A stretch of 64,000 nt of DNA from Pirellulaceae bacterium (GCA_041398985.1 JAWKTR010000016.1:32984-96983); one strand, 5' to 3'. Positions 20,871 to 31,424 are shown, numbered from the stretch's first letter. Numbers and translations are program-made. The notes: generated by a model not told the origin, from the letters alone.

Positions 20871-21264
20871 CTAAGTATCCAACGCACTCGTTTGGAAATA
20901 GCGGCGGCGACGCGACTGCGTCGTCGCTGGCTGCTCTGTATTCTGCGACTGCAAGTCATCGAGGTTGGCCCTACAAATGCGACAACCAATCTTTTCGAGG
21001 TGGAATTGCACATAGTCCCGCAGATTATCCTCCATCGCACCGAGAGGTAGCTGCCAGTTGTTGTCCGGCTGGGGCAGCTAAGGCGATGGCGCCCGCCAGA
21101 TTTCGCCTAAGCCATGTATGCCAGCCTCGCGCATACCTGCCACGTGTAGCAATCGCTCCCGGAGCACCGTGTCGTCACGCAGTTCTTTCTCCACGGCGTT
21201 CATCAGGTCGGCGGCCAGTGTCTCGTCCAGATAGGCTTGGAGCTGTTGGTCAGAAAAAGTTCAT
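20871..21264 (-). CDS. Small hypothetical protein with HxxxxGCxxC motif (indels; not in the ORF track; 3' end approximate)
   Basis: Manual reconstruction: M.FSDQQLQAYLDETL..GEIWRRHRLSCPSR.QLGSYLLGAMEDNLRDYVQFHLEKIGCRICRANLDDLQ..RRRRYFQTS. Confidence 0.65.
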
Positions 21265-21403
21265 CGTTGGCTCTTTATTGTCAATTGCCTCTGCAAGTTC
21301 TCACGTTTCCAATCAAATCAATATAGTCGGTGTCCGCAGTAAGTTACTGAATTGAATTGATAGCGGCAGGGCGAGCGGATTGTTGGTTTAGTGCCGCCGC
21401 TGA

Positions 21404-21611
21404 TGAACCTCAGGCGCTTAGCCGTGGGCTCTAATGGCCGAGTTCGCTGGGGCTCCACAGTCACTCTAAGGGCCCTGACGCGCTGAGGACTGCATAAGGG
21501 CCCACGGCTAGCATCTGGTCCACTGTGGGCCCACGGCTGGCTGAGGTCCACTGTGGGCCCACGGCTAGCACTGAGTTCACTAAGGGCCCACGGCTAGCGC
21601 TGAGGTTCACT
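21404..21611. repeat. REP/BIME-like cluster (GTGAACCTCAGGCGCTAGCCGTGGGC family)
   Basis: One forward copy and four inverted copies at about 29-bp period; same family as 33620-33761. Confidence 0.85.
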
Positions 21612-21626
21612 AGGGGCCGCGAGTTT

Positions 21627-22325
21627 TTAGCCGCCGACGGTATGTTGGAGGCTGACCTCCTCAAACGGTTGGACAACTACAAAACCATCTCCTCTGAACT
21701 CCATTTGAATCGATTCGCCGCTCCCACGACCAAAGAAGCTCTTAAGTGTTACGTCGGTCTTGAATTCTGGGGTGAGGTTGCCTGACCAGGCTATGGTAGC
21801 GTTCGGGTCCGTGCGGACAGGCATATCCGGCCGTACGCGCAGCGTTATAGGTTCGAAGTGGGAGGTGATGGCGACCAGCCCGCAACCGCTCAAGCGCACA
21901 TTGAAAAAGCCGCCGGAAACGACCGCAGCCAGCTTCCGCATCATCTTGATTTCCCATTGTACGGTGGGTTCAAAGGCAAGCAGGTCGCTTCCGTTTACGA
22001 ACAGCGCGTCATTGTCCAGCTTCAGGATGCGAATTGTCTTGCCGCTATCGGCCAGATAAAGTCGGCCGTGACCCTCTGCCTTGGTTAGCTTTGCACCTTC
22101 GCCTGTCACCGAGCGTTTGATGAGTTTGCCGATGCCCTGGTCGAGCAAGCCTTCGCGAGTGAATTTAATCTGACCGACGTAGGCGACCATGGCGCCAGCT
22201 TTCATCCAGACCATCGAGTTCAAGTTGACTTCCAGCATTCGCTCGTTCTCGAGCTGAAAGAACTCGTTGGCCGAATCATCTTGGGCCGTCGATTTGATGA
22301 ATTCTTCGATTGAGTAGCGCGTCAT
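21627..22325 (-). CDS. AIM24 family protein
   Basis: VWMKAGAMVAYVG, GEG..LTKAEGHGRLYLAD, SFFGRGSGES..FRGDGFVVVQP; start at MTRYS. Confidence 0.85.
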   Translation of the reverse strand: MTRYSIEEFIKSTAQDDSANEFFQLENERMLEVNLNSMVWMKAGAMVAYVGQIKFTREGLLDQGIGKLIKRSVTGEGAKLTKAEGHGRLYLADSGKTIRILKLDNDALFVNGSDLLAFEPTVQWEIKMMRKLAAVVSGGFFNVRLSGCGLVAITSHFEPITLRVRPDMPVRTDPNATIAWSGNLTPEFKTDVTLKSFFGRGSGESIQMEFRGDGFVVVQPFEEVSLQHTVGG

Positions 22326-22494
22326 GCAAATTGCTTTCCAAAAGGGGTTTGGGGTATGCATCTAGTTTGACGATTTTGCCTAGAAAATCAAATGCTTGTC
22401 ATATTGGCAGTCCGGCGGCCGAGCGAGCTTGGTGGTAGAATTCTCCGACGCAAGACAGGGCTGGCCCACGGATTCTAAGCGGTCAATCCCCAGA

Positions 22495-22540
22495 TTGAAT
22501 CTGGACATGTGGGTTGAATCTGGACACAGCGGACACAGCA
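22495..22540 (+). promoter_or_regulatory. Direct repeats, candidate upstream activator site
   Basis: TTGAATCTGGACA at 22495 and 22514; GGACACAGC at 22522 and 22532. Confidence 0.45.
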
Positions 22541-22596
22541 CTTGGAATTGTAGTGCGGGTGTTTGTGGGGAGCATAAGTTCTGCTTTGCCACGACT

Positions 22597-22613
22597 CTGG
22601 CACGACTTTTGCT
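22597..22613 (+). promoter_or_regulatory. Sigma54 (-24/-12) promoter upstream of groES
   Basis: CTGGCACG-ACTT-TTGCT, a full match to YTGGCACG-N4-TTGCW. Confidence 0.75.
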
Positions 22614-22779
22614 ATCCATTGTCGGGATTCACTCTGCGTGCCTTTTTGACTGTACGGCGATTTCGGTGTCCGTTCCTGTTGAGGTTGCAGATTGATCCGA
22701 ATAACGTTTGCCGGGTAGCTTTGCCCGTTTATTCAATCCGAATCCCACTTTTGCAAGAAAACCTGTGGAGGTGCCGCAC

Positions 22780-23103
22780 ATGGCGACGGCTACGAAGAAG
22801 AAGAACGCACAACAAATTAAGTTGCAGCCGCTTGGCGATCGTTTGGTTGTGCAACGCGACGTCTCTGGCGACAAGACCGAAGGCGGTATCTTCCTGCCCG
22901 ATTCGGCCAAGGACAAGCCGACGCGTGGGACCGTGATTAGCATTGGCGACGGGCGTTTGCTCGATGACGGCAGTCGCGGCCCGATGCAAGTCAAGGCTGG
23001 CGATCGTGTACTTTTCACAAGCTATGCAGGTGAAACGATCGAAGTCGGCGACGAAGAATACATATTGATGGGTGAAAGTGAAGTATTGGCGGTCCTCGAG
23101 TAG
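22780..23103 (+). CDS. groES: Co-chaperonin GroES
   Basis: KLQPLGDRLVVQR..TEGGIFLPDSAKDKPTRGTVISIGDG; GGAG RBS upstream. Confidence 0.97.
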   Translation: MATATKKKNAQQIKLQPLGDRLVVQRDVSGDKTEGGIFLPDSAKDKPTRGTVISIGDGRLLDDGSRGPMQVKAGDRVLFTSYAGETIEVGDEEYILMGESEVLAVLE

Positions 23104-23164
23104 GCTATGAACGACCTGTGTCAGGTCCCTTTTCCGAACCATATTCTTTATTGGAGTAGTACTA

Positions 23165-24776
23165 ATGGCAAAGATCATCGCATTTGATCAGGAAGCACGA
23201 AGCAATTCGTCGCGGCGTCTCTAAATTGGCTCGTGCCGTCAAGGTTACCTTGGGACCGAAGGGTCGCAATGTCATCATTCAGAAGAGCTTTGGGAGCCCC
23301 ACGGTGACCAAGGACGGCGTTACCGTCGCCAAGGAAATTGACCTGGAAGACGTGTACGAAAACATGGGCATACGCGTATGGTCCGTGAAGTAGCTAGCAA
23401 GACCCAGCGATGCCGGTGATGGCGATACCGCTACGGTGATGGCCGAGGCGATCTTCAACGAAGGTCTCAGTCGGTGGTAGCTGGTTACCGTCGATTCAGA
23501 TGAAGGCTGGCATGGAACAGGCCGTGGCCGACATCACGGACAAACTCAGCAAGATGTCGATCAAGATACGCGACAAAAGCGAAATGGCCAACGTGGCGTC
23601 AATTGCTGCCAACAACGATCGCGAGATCGGCGACTTGCTGGCGGATGCCATGGAAAAAGTTGGTAAGGATGGTGTAGTCACCGTTGACGAAGGCAAAGTC
23701 TCCATACGGAGCTCGAATTCGTAGAAGGTATACGGATTTGATCGCTATCTTTCCCATGCTTCGTAACCGACTCTGGCTTGGTATGGAAGCGGTACTCGAA
23801 GAGCCGTACATTTGGTATTCGAGAAGAAGATCTCGAGCATCAAAGACTTGGTTCCCGTGCTGGAACAGATTGTTCAGCAAGGCAAACCACTTTTGATCGT
23901 GGCTGAAGATGTGGACAGCGAGAAGCTCTGGCAGCATCCTCAAATATTGCGTGGAACGCAATGTTGGCCGCCGTCAAGGCTCCAGGCCCTACGAGCGATC
24001 GTCGCAAGGCGATGATGGAAGACATTACTATCCTGACCGGTGGCGTTGCCATCTTTGAAGCCCTGGGTACAAAGCTTAGATCTGTCGGCCTGACCGAACT
24101 TGGTCGTGCGAAGAAGGTGATTATCGACAAAGATAATACCACCATCATCGAAAACGCCGGCAAGAGTGCTGATATCAAGGCCCGCATTGACCAAATTCGT
24201 CGCGAAATTGAAAACACCACTAGCGATTACGATCGTGAAAAGCTGGACGAGCGGCTTGGCTGCAAGTTGGCCGGTGGTGTTGCCAAAGTCAGCGTGGGTG
24301 CAGCCACCGAGCGAAATGAAAGAGAAAAAGGCTCGCGTGGAAGATGCGCTGTATGCTACGCGCGCCCGCCGTTGAAGAAGGCGTATTGCCTGGCAGTGGT
24401 GGCCTTGCTGCGTGCCAGCACGGGACTAAAGCCTAGCAGCGAGTTGTCAGCTGACGAGCAAGTCGGCTTCAATATCATCATTCGCGCTTGCCGCGCTCCT
24501 CTGTCCATGATCGCTGAAAATGCGGGCAAAGATGGCGGCATCGTCTGCGAAAAAGTGGCTGAAGGCAAGGGAAACACCGGCTACAATGCTCTTACCGATT
24601 GCTACGAAGACTTGGTGAAAGCTGGCGTGATTGACCCCACTAAAGTCACGCGTACCGCACTTGCCAACGCGTCCAGCGTAGCTACCTTGCTGCTCACCAG
24701 CGATGCCTTGATTGCTGACAAGCCGAAGGATGACAAGGGCGGCAAGGGGCACGGCGGCGACCACGATATGTACTAG
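23165..24776 (+). CDS. groEL: Chaperonin GroEL (many indels, probably sequencing error)
   Basis: [72 protein letters not shown]. Confidence 0.92.
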
Positions 24777-24807
24777 GACACGTTCCACGTGTGCTGTAGA
24801 AAACCTC

Positions 24808-24838
24808 AAACGGTGCGGCGAGCGGCGCACCGTTTTTT
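24808..24838 (+). terminator. Intrinsic terminator after groEL
   Basis: AAACGGTGCG-gcgagcgg-CGCACCGTTT-TTT. Confidence 0.8.
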
Positions 24839-24899
24839 GTTGCCGCTCCAGGGTCGTAACGCTGGTTGTGAATGTGCTCGAAGTGCGGTTGATTTCAGT

Positions 24900-26744
24900 A
24901 TGACGAGTACGTACTTCGACAAGCTCGTGAATGACCTGCGGCATGGAAAGTTGCTGGTGATCGACGAGCCAGTGGACCCGCATCTGGAACTCGTAGAAAT
25001 ACAGCGGCGCGTGTATCACAATCAAGGCCCCGCGTTGCTGTTTCAGCAGGTGATTGGTTGCAAGTTTCCCGTGGCGACGAATCTGTTCGGTACGCTGGAG
25101 CGTGCGCGGCTATATTCCGAAACACATTTGATTCAGTCCAAGCAGCGGTGCGGTGGAAGACAATCCCGCAGAGGCACTGCACGCGCCCCTGGCAACTGTG
25201 GCGGAGCCCTTGCGATCAGGTGGCGAATGCGCCCCAACACGCGTATCGTCAGCTGCCGTCATGCAGTCCACCTGCCAAGCTCGGCGATTTTACATATCCC
25301 TTGTTGGCCCGATGATGGGGGGGCCTTTGTGACATTGCCCCAGGTGCTTTCGCAAATGCCAAGTGCGACTGGCCAGGCTGCTCCCAGCCTGGCAGGAATT
25401 AATTTGGGCATGTACCGCGTTCAGTTGTCGGGCAACAGCTATGACGCGGACGAGTGTGGACTCCATTATCAAATTCATCGCGGGATTGGTGTTCATCATG
25501 CGGCCGCCATTCGCGATGGCCAACCGCTGCGCGTGAATGTCACGGTGGGAGGCACACCCGCCATGACTGTCGCGGCGGTGATGCCGCTGCCCGAGGGAAT
25601 GAGCGAGTTGACGTTTGCCGGTGCACTGGCTGGGCATCGAATTCGCCTCGCACAAATCTCCAACGCAGCGCCCATCTATGCGGATGCAGATTTCTGCATT
25701 GTGGGGCAGGTCGATCCTCAAGCACTTAAACCCGAAGGCCCGTTTGGCGACCACTTGGGGTACTACGCCAAAGTTCACGACTTTCCCGTCTTGAAAATTG
25801 CTCGGATCTACCATCGACGTGATGCGGTGTGGCCGATGACAGTCGTCGGTCGGCCGCCTCAAGAAGATACGACCTTTGGAGAGCTCATCCACGAGCTGAC
25901 CGCACCGGTGATACCAACCGTCCTGCCCGGTGTCCAACAGGTGCATGCCGTCGATGCGGCGGGCGTGCATCCGCTGCTTATGGCTGTCGGCAGTGAGCGT
26001 TACACGCCATATCGGCGCCCGAAACAGCCCCAGGAATTGTTGACACAAGCAGTCGCTATTCTCGGGCAAGGTCAATTATCACTCGCCAAGTATTTATGGA
26101 TTATTGATGGCAGCGATGCAGTTGCCCCGCGGGCAGACAACATCGCAGACTTTTTTGAGTATGTTCTGCGGCGAGTCGATTGGCGCCGTGACCTGCATTT
26201 TATTACACAGACCACCATGGATACGCTCGATTACAGCGGACACGGTTGGAACCAGGGTTCGAAGTTGATTGTCGCCACAGGGCAAGTACCGCAACGCGAG
26301 CTCTCTGGGCAATTGCCAGCCCGCCTACGCTTGCCCGATGGTTGGACCGCGCCGCAAGTTGCGTTACCAGGAGTGCTCGTTGTCAACGCTCCGCCACATT
26401 CAGGCGAAAGTTCGACCATTGCTTTGCAGAGACAATGTGATGCTGAAGCAAGTCGTAGTGAGCTTAACGGATTTCCGTTGGTTGTGGTCGTCGACGACAG
26501 CCACTTCACCGCTCGCACGCTGGAGAACTTCTTGTGGACGACCTTTACGCGCAGCAATCCTGCCGTCGACGTGTATGGTTTTGGGGCGTCGCTCGAACAC
26601 AAGCACTTCGGTTGCACCGGTAGTCTGGTAATCGATGCGCGCAGCAAACCCCACCATGCGCCTGGTTTGATGGAAGCCCCCGAAACAATGGCAAAAGTCG
26701 ATGCTCGGGCTACTCGCGGCGATGCGCTAGCAAAGTGGTTGTGA
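24900..26744 (+). CDS. ubiD: UbiD family prFMN-dependent decarboxylase (5' part garbled by indels)
   Basis: GPALLF..V.G.KFPVATNLFGTLER, NLGMYRVQ, EGPFGDHLGYY, VVGRPPQED, DTLDYSG. Confidence 0.85.
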   Translation: MTSTYFDKLVNDLRHGKLLVIDEPVDPHLELVEIQRRVYHNQGPALLFQQVIGCKFPVATNLFGTLERARLYSETHLIQSKQRCGGRQSRRGTARAPGNCGGALAIRWRMRPNTRIVSCRHAVHLPSSAILHIPCWPDDGGAFVTLPQVLSQMPSATGQAAPSLAGINLGMYRVQLSGNSYDADECGLHYQIHRGIGVHHAAAIRDGQPLRVNVTVGGTPAMTVAAVMPLPEGMSELTFAGALAGHRIRLAQISNAAPIYADADFCIVGQVDPQALKPEGPFGDHLGYYAKVHDFPVLKIARIYHRRDAVWPMTVVGRPPQEDTTFGELIHELTAPVIPTVLPGVQQVHAVDAAGVHPLLMAVGSERYTPYRRPKQPQELLTQAVAILGQGQLSLAKYLWIIDGSDAVAPRADNIADFFEYVLRRVDWRRDLHFITQTTMDTLDYSGHGWNQGSKLIVATGQVPQRELSGQLPARLRLPDGWTAPQVALPGVLVVNAPPHSGESSTIALQRQCDAEASRSELNGFPLVVVVDDSHFTARTLENFLWTTFTRSNPAVDVYGFGASLEHKHFGCTGSLVIDARSKPHHAPGLMEAPETMAKVDARATRGDALAKWL

Positions 26745-26971
26745 TTCCGTTTTGACTCTTGAGCCGCTTGATCGCCACCCTGCAGTTGTGCGTAGCGGAA
26801 TGCATCAAGACTATGGTCGGCGAGTCCGACAACGCTGGGATTGGGAGCGCAGCGAGTGCTCGCTGGGGGAGGAAAAATCGGTCTAGGGGGAATTCGGGCT
26901 AACTGCTAATATCTCATCAGTCCGCTGTTGGGCTCGTTCCTCAATTCAGCCGCCACCTCGCGTCATGGAAG

Positions 26972-28108
26972 ATGCACATGTCCCGGTTTTCCCGCCTAAC
27001 TCGTTGTGGATTAGCTAGTTTGGCCACGCTCGTTTTGCTTCAAACGGTTGGTAAGGCACAACAATTAGGTCAATCGCAGCCGCCTCAACAAAATGCAGGC
27101 AACCCGAATCCGACCGTCCAAGTGCCGATTATGAAGGCCGACGCAGCAATCCAACAAGGGCTCGCCCAAACGGCTCCACCACAGCCGTTTCCTGCCCTGG
27201 ACGCTAAAGTGCAAGAGTACTTGGACACGGTCTTAGTGGCTTGGGAGCAACGTACGGCACAAATCAATCAATTCAAATGCGACTTCCGCCGCTGGGACTT
27301 CGATTCCGGCAAACATCCGACGGCGTTCTATCAAAAAGCGGAAGGGATTATCAAATTTGCCAAGCCCGACAAGGGGCTTTTTCGTGTCGACAAACTAGAA
27401 AGCGTGGCTGATAACAATCCGAATCCGCAGTATGCGGCCAATCCACGCCGACCTTTTGGGGACTACTGGATTTGTGATGGGCAGTGGGTACACAATTTGG
27501 ACCGCAACGAAAAGAAGGCAGTTAGGACAGAGTTGCCACCGGTGATGCGCGGCAACCAAATCCATATGAGTCCTATCCCGTTCCTATTTGGAGTCAAAGC
27601 GGCTGAACTCAAGCAACGCTATTGGCTGCGCCCCGTAGCCCCACCCCAAGGCAACACGGACATTTGGATCGAAGCCTACCCGAAGCGAGCTGATGATGCA
27701 GGCAATTACAGTCAAGTAATGATTGTGATCGATCGCGCCGATGTATTGCCAAAGTCGCTGACTGTCTTCCTGCCGAATTCCAAGCCGGAGAATCCAACGC
27801 GCGAAGTGTATGAGTTCTCCAATCGCGATCAGATGGGAGGCTTGCTCGACGCCTTTAAGCAGAAATTCCTTGAAGATTTTATCAACACGAAAGTCGGCAA
27901 GGACTGGGAAGTTATTGAAGAACCATGGGTAGATGCTGAGGCACAAGCGTTGCAGGAAGCAGCGTTACAGGGGCAAGGACGCCCCGCTTTTAATCAAGCC
28001 GCCCAGTTTGGTCAAACTCAGCCTGGACAAACTACTCAGCCTGGGCAAACGCAACAACGTGTCGCCACGCAACCGGGGACTCAACCGGCGAACTCAGTGC
28101 GTCGCTAG
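26972..28108 (+). CDS. Planctomycete TIGR03009-type secreted protein (LolA-like fold suspected)
   Basis: Signal peptide; L.AWEQRTAQINQFKCDFRRW, GIIKFAKPDKGLF, WICDG, PFLFGVKAAELKQRY; Q-rich termini. Confidence 0.7.
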   Translation: MHMSRFSRLTRCGLASLATLVLLQTVGKAQQLGQSQPPQQNAGNPNPTVQVPIMKADAAIQQGLAQTAPPQPFPALDAKVQEYLDTVLVAWEQRTAQINQFKCDFRRWDFDSGKHPTAFYQKAEGIIKFAKPDKGLFRVDKLESVADNNPNPQYAANPRRPFGDYWICDGQWVHNLDRNEKKAVRTELPPVMRGNQIHMSPIPFLFGVKAAELKQRYWLRPVAPPQGNTDIWIEAYPKRADDAGNYSQVMIVIDRADVLPKSLTVFLPNSKPENPTREVYEFSNRDQMGGLLDAFKQKFLEDFINTKVGKDWEVIEEPWVDAEAQALQEAALQGQGRPAFNQAAQFGQTQPGQTTQPGQTQQRVATQPGTQPANSVRR

Positions 28109-28128
28109 ATGTTTGGGAGCTGTGGCCG

Positions 28129-29455
28129 TTATTTCATAACAAAGTTGTCGGGCAGCATCGCGTCCTTAAGTAGAATCGGCAGGCCATCGCGGATCAAACA
28201 GGGTTCAAATTGATCGCTCTCATCAATCCCGGATGCGTTTTCGACGACCACGTTCGAGCCAACTCGGCAGTTTTTATCAAGGATGGCGCCAAGAATTTTC
28301 GATCCATCGCCGATCCCCGTGTTCGGCTCGCCAGCTTGGGCGAATCGATGTAGGTCTTCGTCATTGTCCAAGTAATCCGAGCCCATGATGATGCTGTTGC
28401 GAATCGTGACGTTCTCGCCAATTACACAGCGCAGCCCGATGATGCTGTTCTCGATCACGGTTCCGGCCCCGATGCGGCAGCCATCTGCGATAAGACTATT
28501 GTTGACGGTGGCTCCATCCAATCGAGACGGTGGTAGATATCGCGCTCGGGAGTAGACAGGATTGCTGGGACAGACCAGATCGAAAGGCGCATTTTGGCGA
28601 GTCAATTGCAAGTTGGCTTCGTAAAAGGCGCGGATAGTCCCGATATCCTCCCAGTAGTCGTCAAACAAATGCACTTGGACTTTACGACTGCGAATCGCAG
28701 CGGGAAAAACTTCTTTACCAAAATCTTCGTACGACGTTTTCTCCAAGATTTCGAAAAGTAAGTCGCGATTAAAAATATAAAGTCCCATACTTGCGAGACA
28801 TTCGCGGCCTCTGGATTCCAGACCTTGTCGGTCAATCCAAGCCGGATCCATCTTCACCATTTCGACTTCAGCGTCGGTCTGCGGTTTTTTCAAGAAGCCG
28901 GTAACGCGGCCGCTTTCGTCGCTGCCGCATGACGCCTAGAGCGTGCACTTCCTTACGATCGACTGGTATGGCGGCGATCGTTACATCAGCATTGTTCTCG
29001 ATGTGTGTTCGCAGCATAGCTCGATAGTCCATGCGGTAGAGTTGATCGCCGGACAAAATCAGGACATGTTTAATTCCCTTTTGATCCAAGTGCCTCAGAT
29101 TCTTGCGTACGGCATCGGCGGTTCCCTGGTACCACTCTTTGCCGCCTTCCATGGTTTGCTGAGCGGCCAGCAGTTCGACAAAGCCACCAGAAAAATAGTC
29201 GAACTGATAAGTTTGACGGATGTGGCGGTGCAAAGAGTTCGACAAGAATTGCGTCAACACAAAAATCTTCTTGATATTGCTGTTGATGCAATTCGAGATG
29301 GGAATATCAATCAAGCGGTACTTGGCCGCTAGCGGTACCGCAGGCTTGGCGCGTATTTTCGTCAGCGGGTACAAACGAGTACCACGCCCGCCGCCGAGGA
29401 TCAAAGCCAATACAGTGCGTGGGTCAATTTCGGTAATTGTTGATTTGTCAGCCAT
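28129..29455 (-). CDS. glgC: Glucose-1-phosphate adenylyltransferase (frameshift near 28880-28930)
   Basis: [59 protein letters not shown]. Confidence 0.93.
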
Positions 29456-29671
29456 TTTAGCCTTGCCTGTCGTTTGGTAATCGCGCTATGCGTAGGGTGA
29501 TTTGCCGATTTCGCTTGGGAATGGGCTGCGCGGGCAAAGTAAGCAGCATACCAAGCCGCGTTTCGTTTCAACAGCACCAATCATGCCAAGAATGGTCGCT
29601 ATCCGATGAGAGTCTTGCTCATTAACACCATCGAGTCGATCGGGTAGGATAGATGAGCCCTACACTCCATT

Positions 29672-29840
29672 GTTACCGTTCACGATGTGTTGGCTCGTTT
29701 GACAGGGTCGGGAGTCTTTTCAGCCTAAATCGCTGAGCCCATTTGCAACCATATGTTCCTAGCAGCGGCATCTCATCGTTCGCGGGCGCTGAAAAGACTC
29801 CCGACCCTCTCCGGTCGACTCCAAGTTCGTGAACGGCTAC
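29672..29840 (+). mobile_element. MITE-like element copy C (complete, flanked by a direct repeat)
   Basis: Outer IR GTTACCGTTCACGA / TCGTGAACGGCTAC; inner IR AGGGTCGGGAGTCTTTTCAGC; ACTCCATT on both sides. Confidence 0.85.
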
Positions 29841-29870
29841 ACTCCATTTATACCCTTCCGAGCTACGACT

Positions 29871-31034
29871 ATGGACATGTGCGACACGATTGAAATCGCG
29901 AAGAAGTTGATCGCCGTCGACTCGGTTACGTCGCATTCCAACTTGGAAATTGCTGAACTTCAGCAGGTATTCTTAGAGGAATTGGGGTTCACGGTCGAGC
30001 GATTGCCGTTTCGTGACTTACACGGTACCGAGAAAGTCAGCCTGGCCGCTAGCAAGCTGCCGTCTGTTGAGTCATTAAAGCCCGGTATTGCATTCTTTTG
30101 CCATAACGATGTGGTGTCTGTCGACGGTTGGAGTTGTGTCCATGGTGGACCCTTCGAGGCTGCCATTGCGGACGGGCGGTTGTGGGGACGGGGGGCATGT
30201 GACATGAAAGGCCCGACAGCGGCTGCCTTGTCGGCGCTGGGGCGGTTGCAGACGCAAACGGATCACGTTCGGGCGCAGACTGCACCCATCCATTTCTTCG
30301 TCACCGGCGACGAAGAGTGTGGCATGGCAGGTGCCAAAGTGCTGGTCGAACAGTCCAGCATCTTCCGTGCGATGGTTGTTTCGCAGCCGGTTGCTGTCAT
30401 TTGCGAGCCGACGGAGTTGCGGGTGGTTAATAAGCACAAGGGCGGTTGTCATTTTGACGTTTCAAGCCATGGAGTGGCGGCGCACAGCAGTACTGGCGAC
30501 GGCTTGAACGCGAATTGGCAGTTGATTCCGTTTCTAACTTACCTGCATGAGCTATCGCACCGCTGCAGTACCGAAGCTGAGTTGCAAAACAGTGAGTTCG
30601 AGAACCCGACGTTGTCGTTAAATGTAGTGGTGGTCAATGAGCCTGCGACATTTAATATTACCGTTGGCCGCGCAATATGCCGGATTTTTTTTCGACCGAT
30701 GCCAGGGACCGCCTGGGAAAGCATGCTTGAAGAAATTAAACGCAAAGCCCGCGACTTGGAACTCGAGATCAGCTCGATTCGCTGCCTACAGCCTCTGTGT
30801 ACGCCCGCCGATCGGCCATTTGTAAAGCAGACGCTGGAGTTAGCGGGCCAGGATCGAACGTATAGCGTGGGATTTGCTACCGATGGCTGCTGTTTCGAAG
30901 ACTTGCAGAACATGCTGGTCATCGGCCCAGGTAGCATCGAGCAAGCACATCGTGCCGACGAGTGGATTGACTTGGAGCAATTGCACCGTGGTGCGGACCT
31001 TTACCAACGACTACTCGAACACTTCTCGTACTGA
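29871..31034 (+). CDS. argE: M20 family metallopeptidase, acetylornithine deacetylase-like
   Basis: CHNDVV, GRGACDMKG, DEECG, CEPT, GPGSIEQAHRADE. Confidence 0.8.
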   Translation: MDMCDTIEIAKKLIAVDSVTSHSNLEIAELQQVFLEELGFTVERLPFRDLHGTEKVSLAASKLPSVESLKPGIAFFCHNDVVSVDGWSCVHGGPFEAAIADGRLWGRGACDMKGPTAAALSALGRLQTQTDHVRAQTAPIHFFVTGDEECGMAGAKVLVEQSSIFRAMVVSQPVAVICEPTELRVVNKHKGGCHFDVSSHGVAAHSSTGDGLNANWQLIPFLTYLHELSHRCSTEAELQNSEFENPTLSLNVVVVNEPATFNITVGRAICRIFFRPMPGTAWESMLEEIKRKARDLELEISSIRCLQPLCTPADRPFVKQTLELAGQDRTYSVGFATDGCCFEDLQNMLVIGPGSIEQAHRADEWIDLEQLHRGADLYQRLLEHFSY

Positions 31035-31424
31035 CATCACGTACCATGCGATTCTGCCGCGAAGTTCCTGCGCGGTTGGTTTTTGGCCGTGCTACATCTT
31101 GAATCGCTATTTCGCTAGCTGCGGGCTCGCATAATTTCTCTAGAAATTCTCCAGAAGTCCGCTCAAACGCCGTTTCCGCCTGGACGGAATGGATCGTAAC
31201 CGGAACAATGTGCGGCGTCGTTTGGCTTGGCCAAGAGTCAACGACGAGAAAACGCTGCCACTGAGCTGCATTGTCTCCAAAGTGCTCAAACGCAGCTGAT
31301 GCCATTCAGGATTGGATACCTGGATTGCGACTGCTGGACTTGGCGGGCTTCCAGTTGGATTCTCAAACAGGCGGTCGTAGTTTTGGCCCCGCAAAACTAG
31401 AACCTAGGAAAAGCGAAGAAACCT

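Noticed and set aside
20717-21355. 212-aa plus-strand ORF
   Set aside because: Shadow of the minus-strand Zn-motif gene; no recognisable features.
21404-21611. CRISPR array or minus-strand ORFs 21318-21676
   Set aside because: Degenerate REP tandem with an inverted partner; the ORFs are repeat translations.
22330-22780. CIRCE/HrcA operator
   Set aside because: No TTAGCACTC-N9-GAGTGCTAA found.
23165-24776. groEL pseudogene
   Set aside because: The protein sequence is conserved between shifts and neighbouring unrelated genes show the same 1-nt losses, so sequencing error is more likely.
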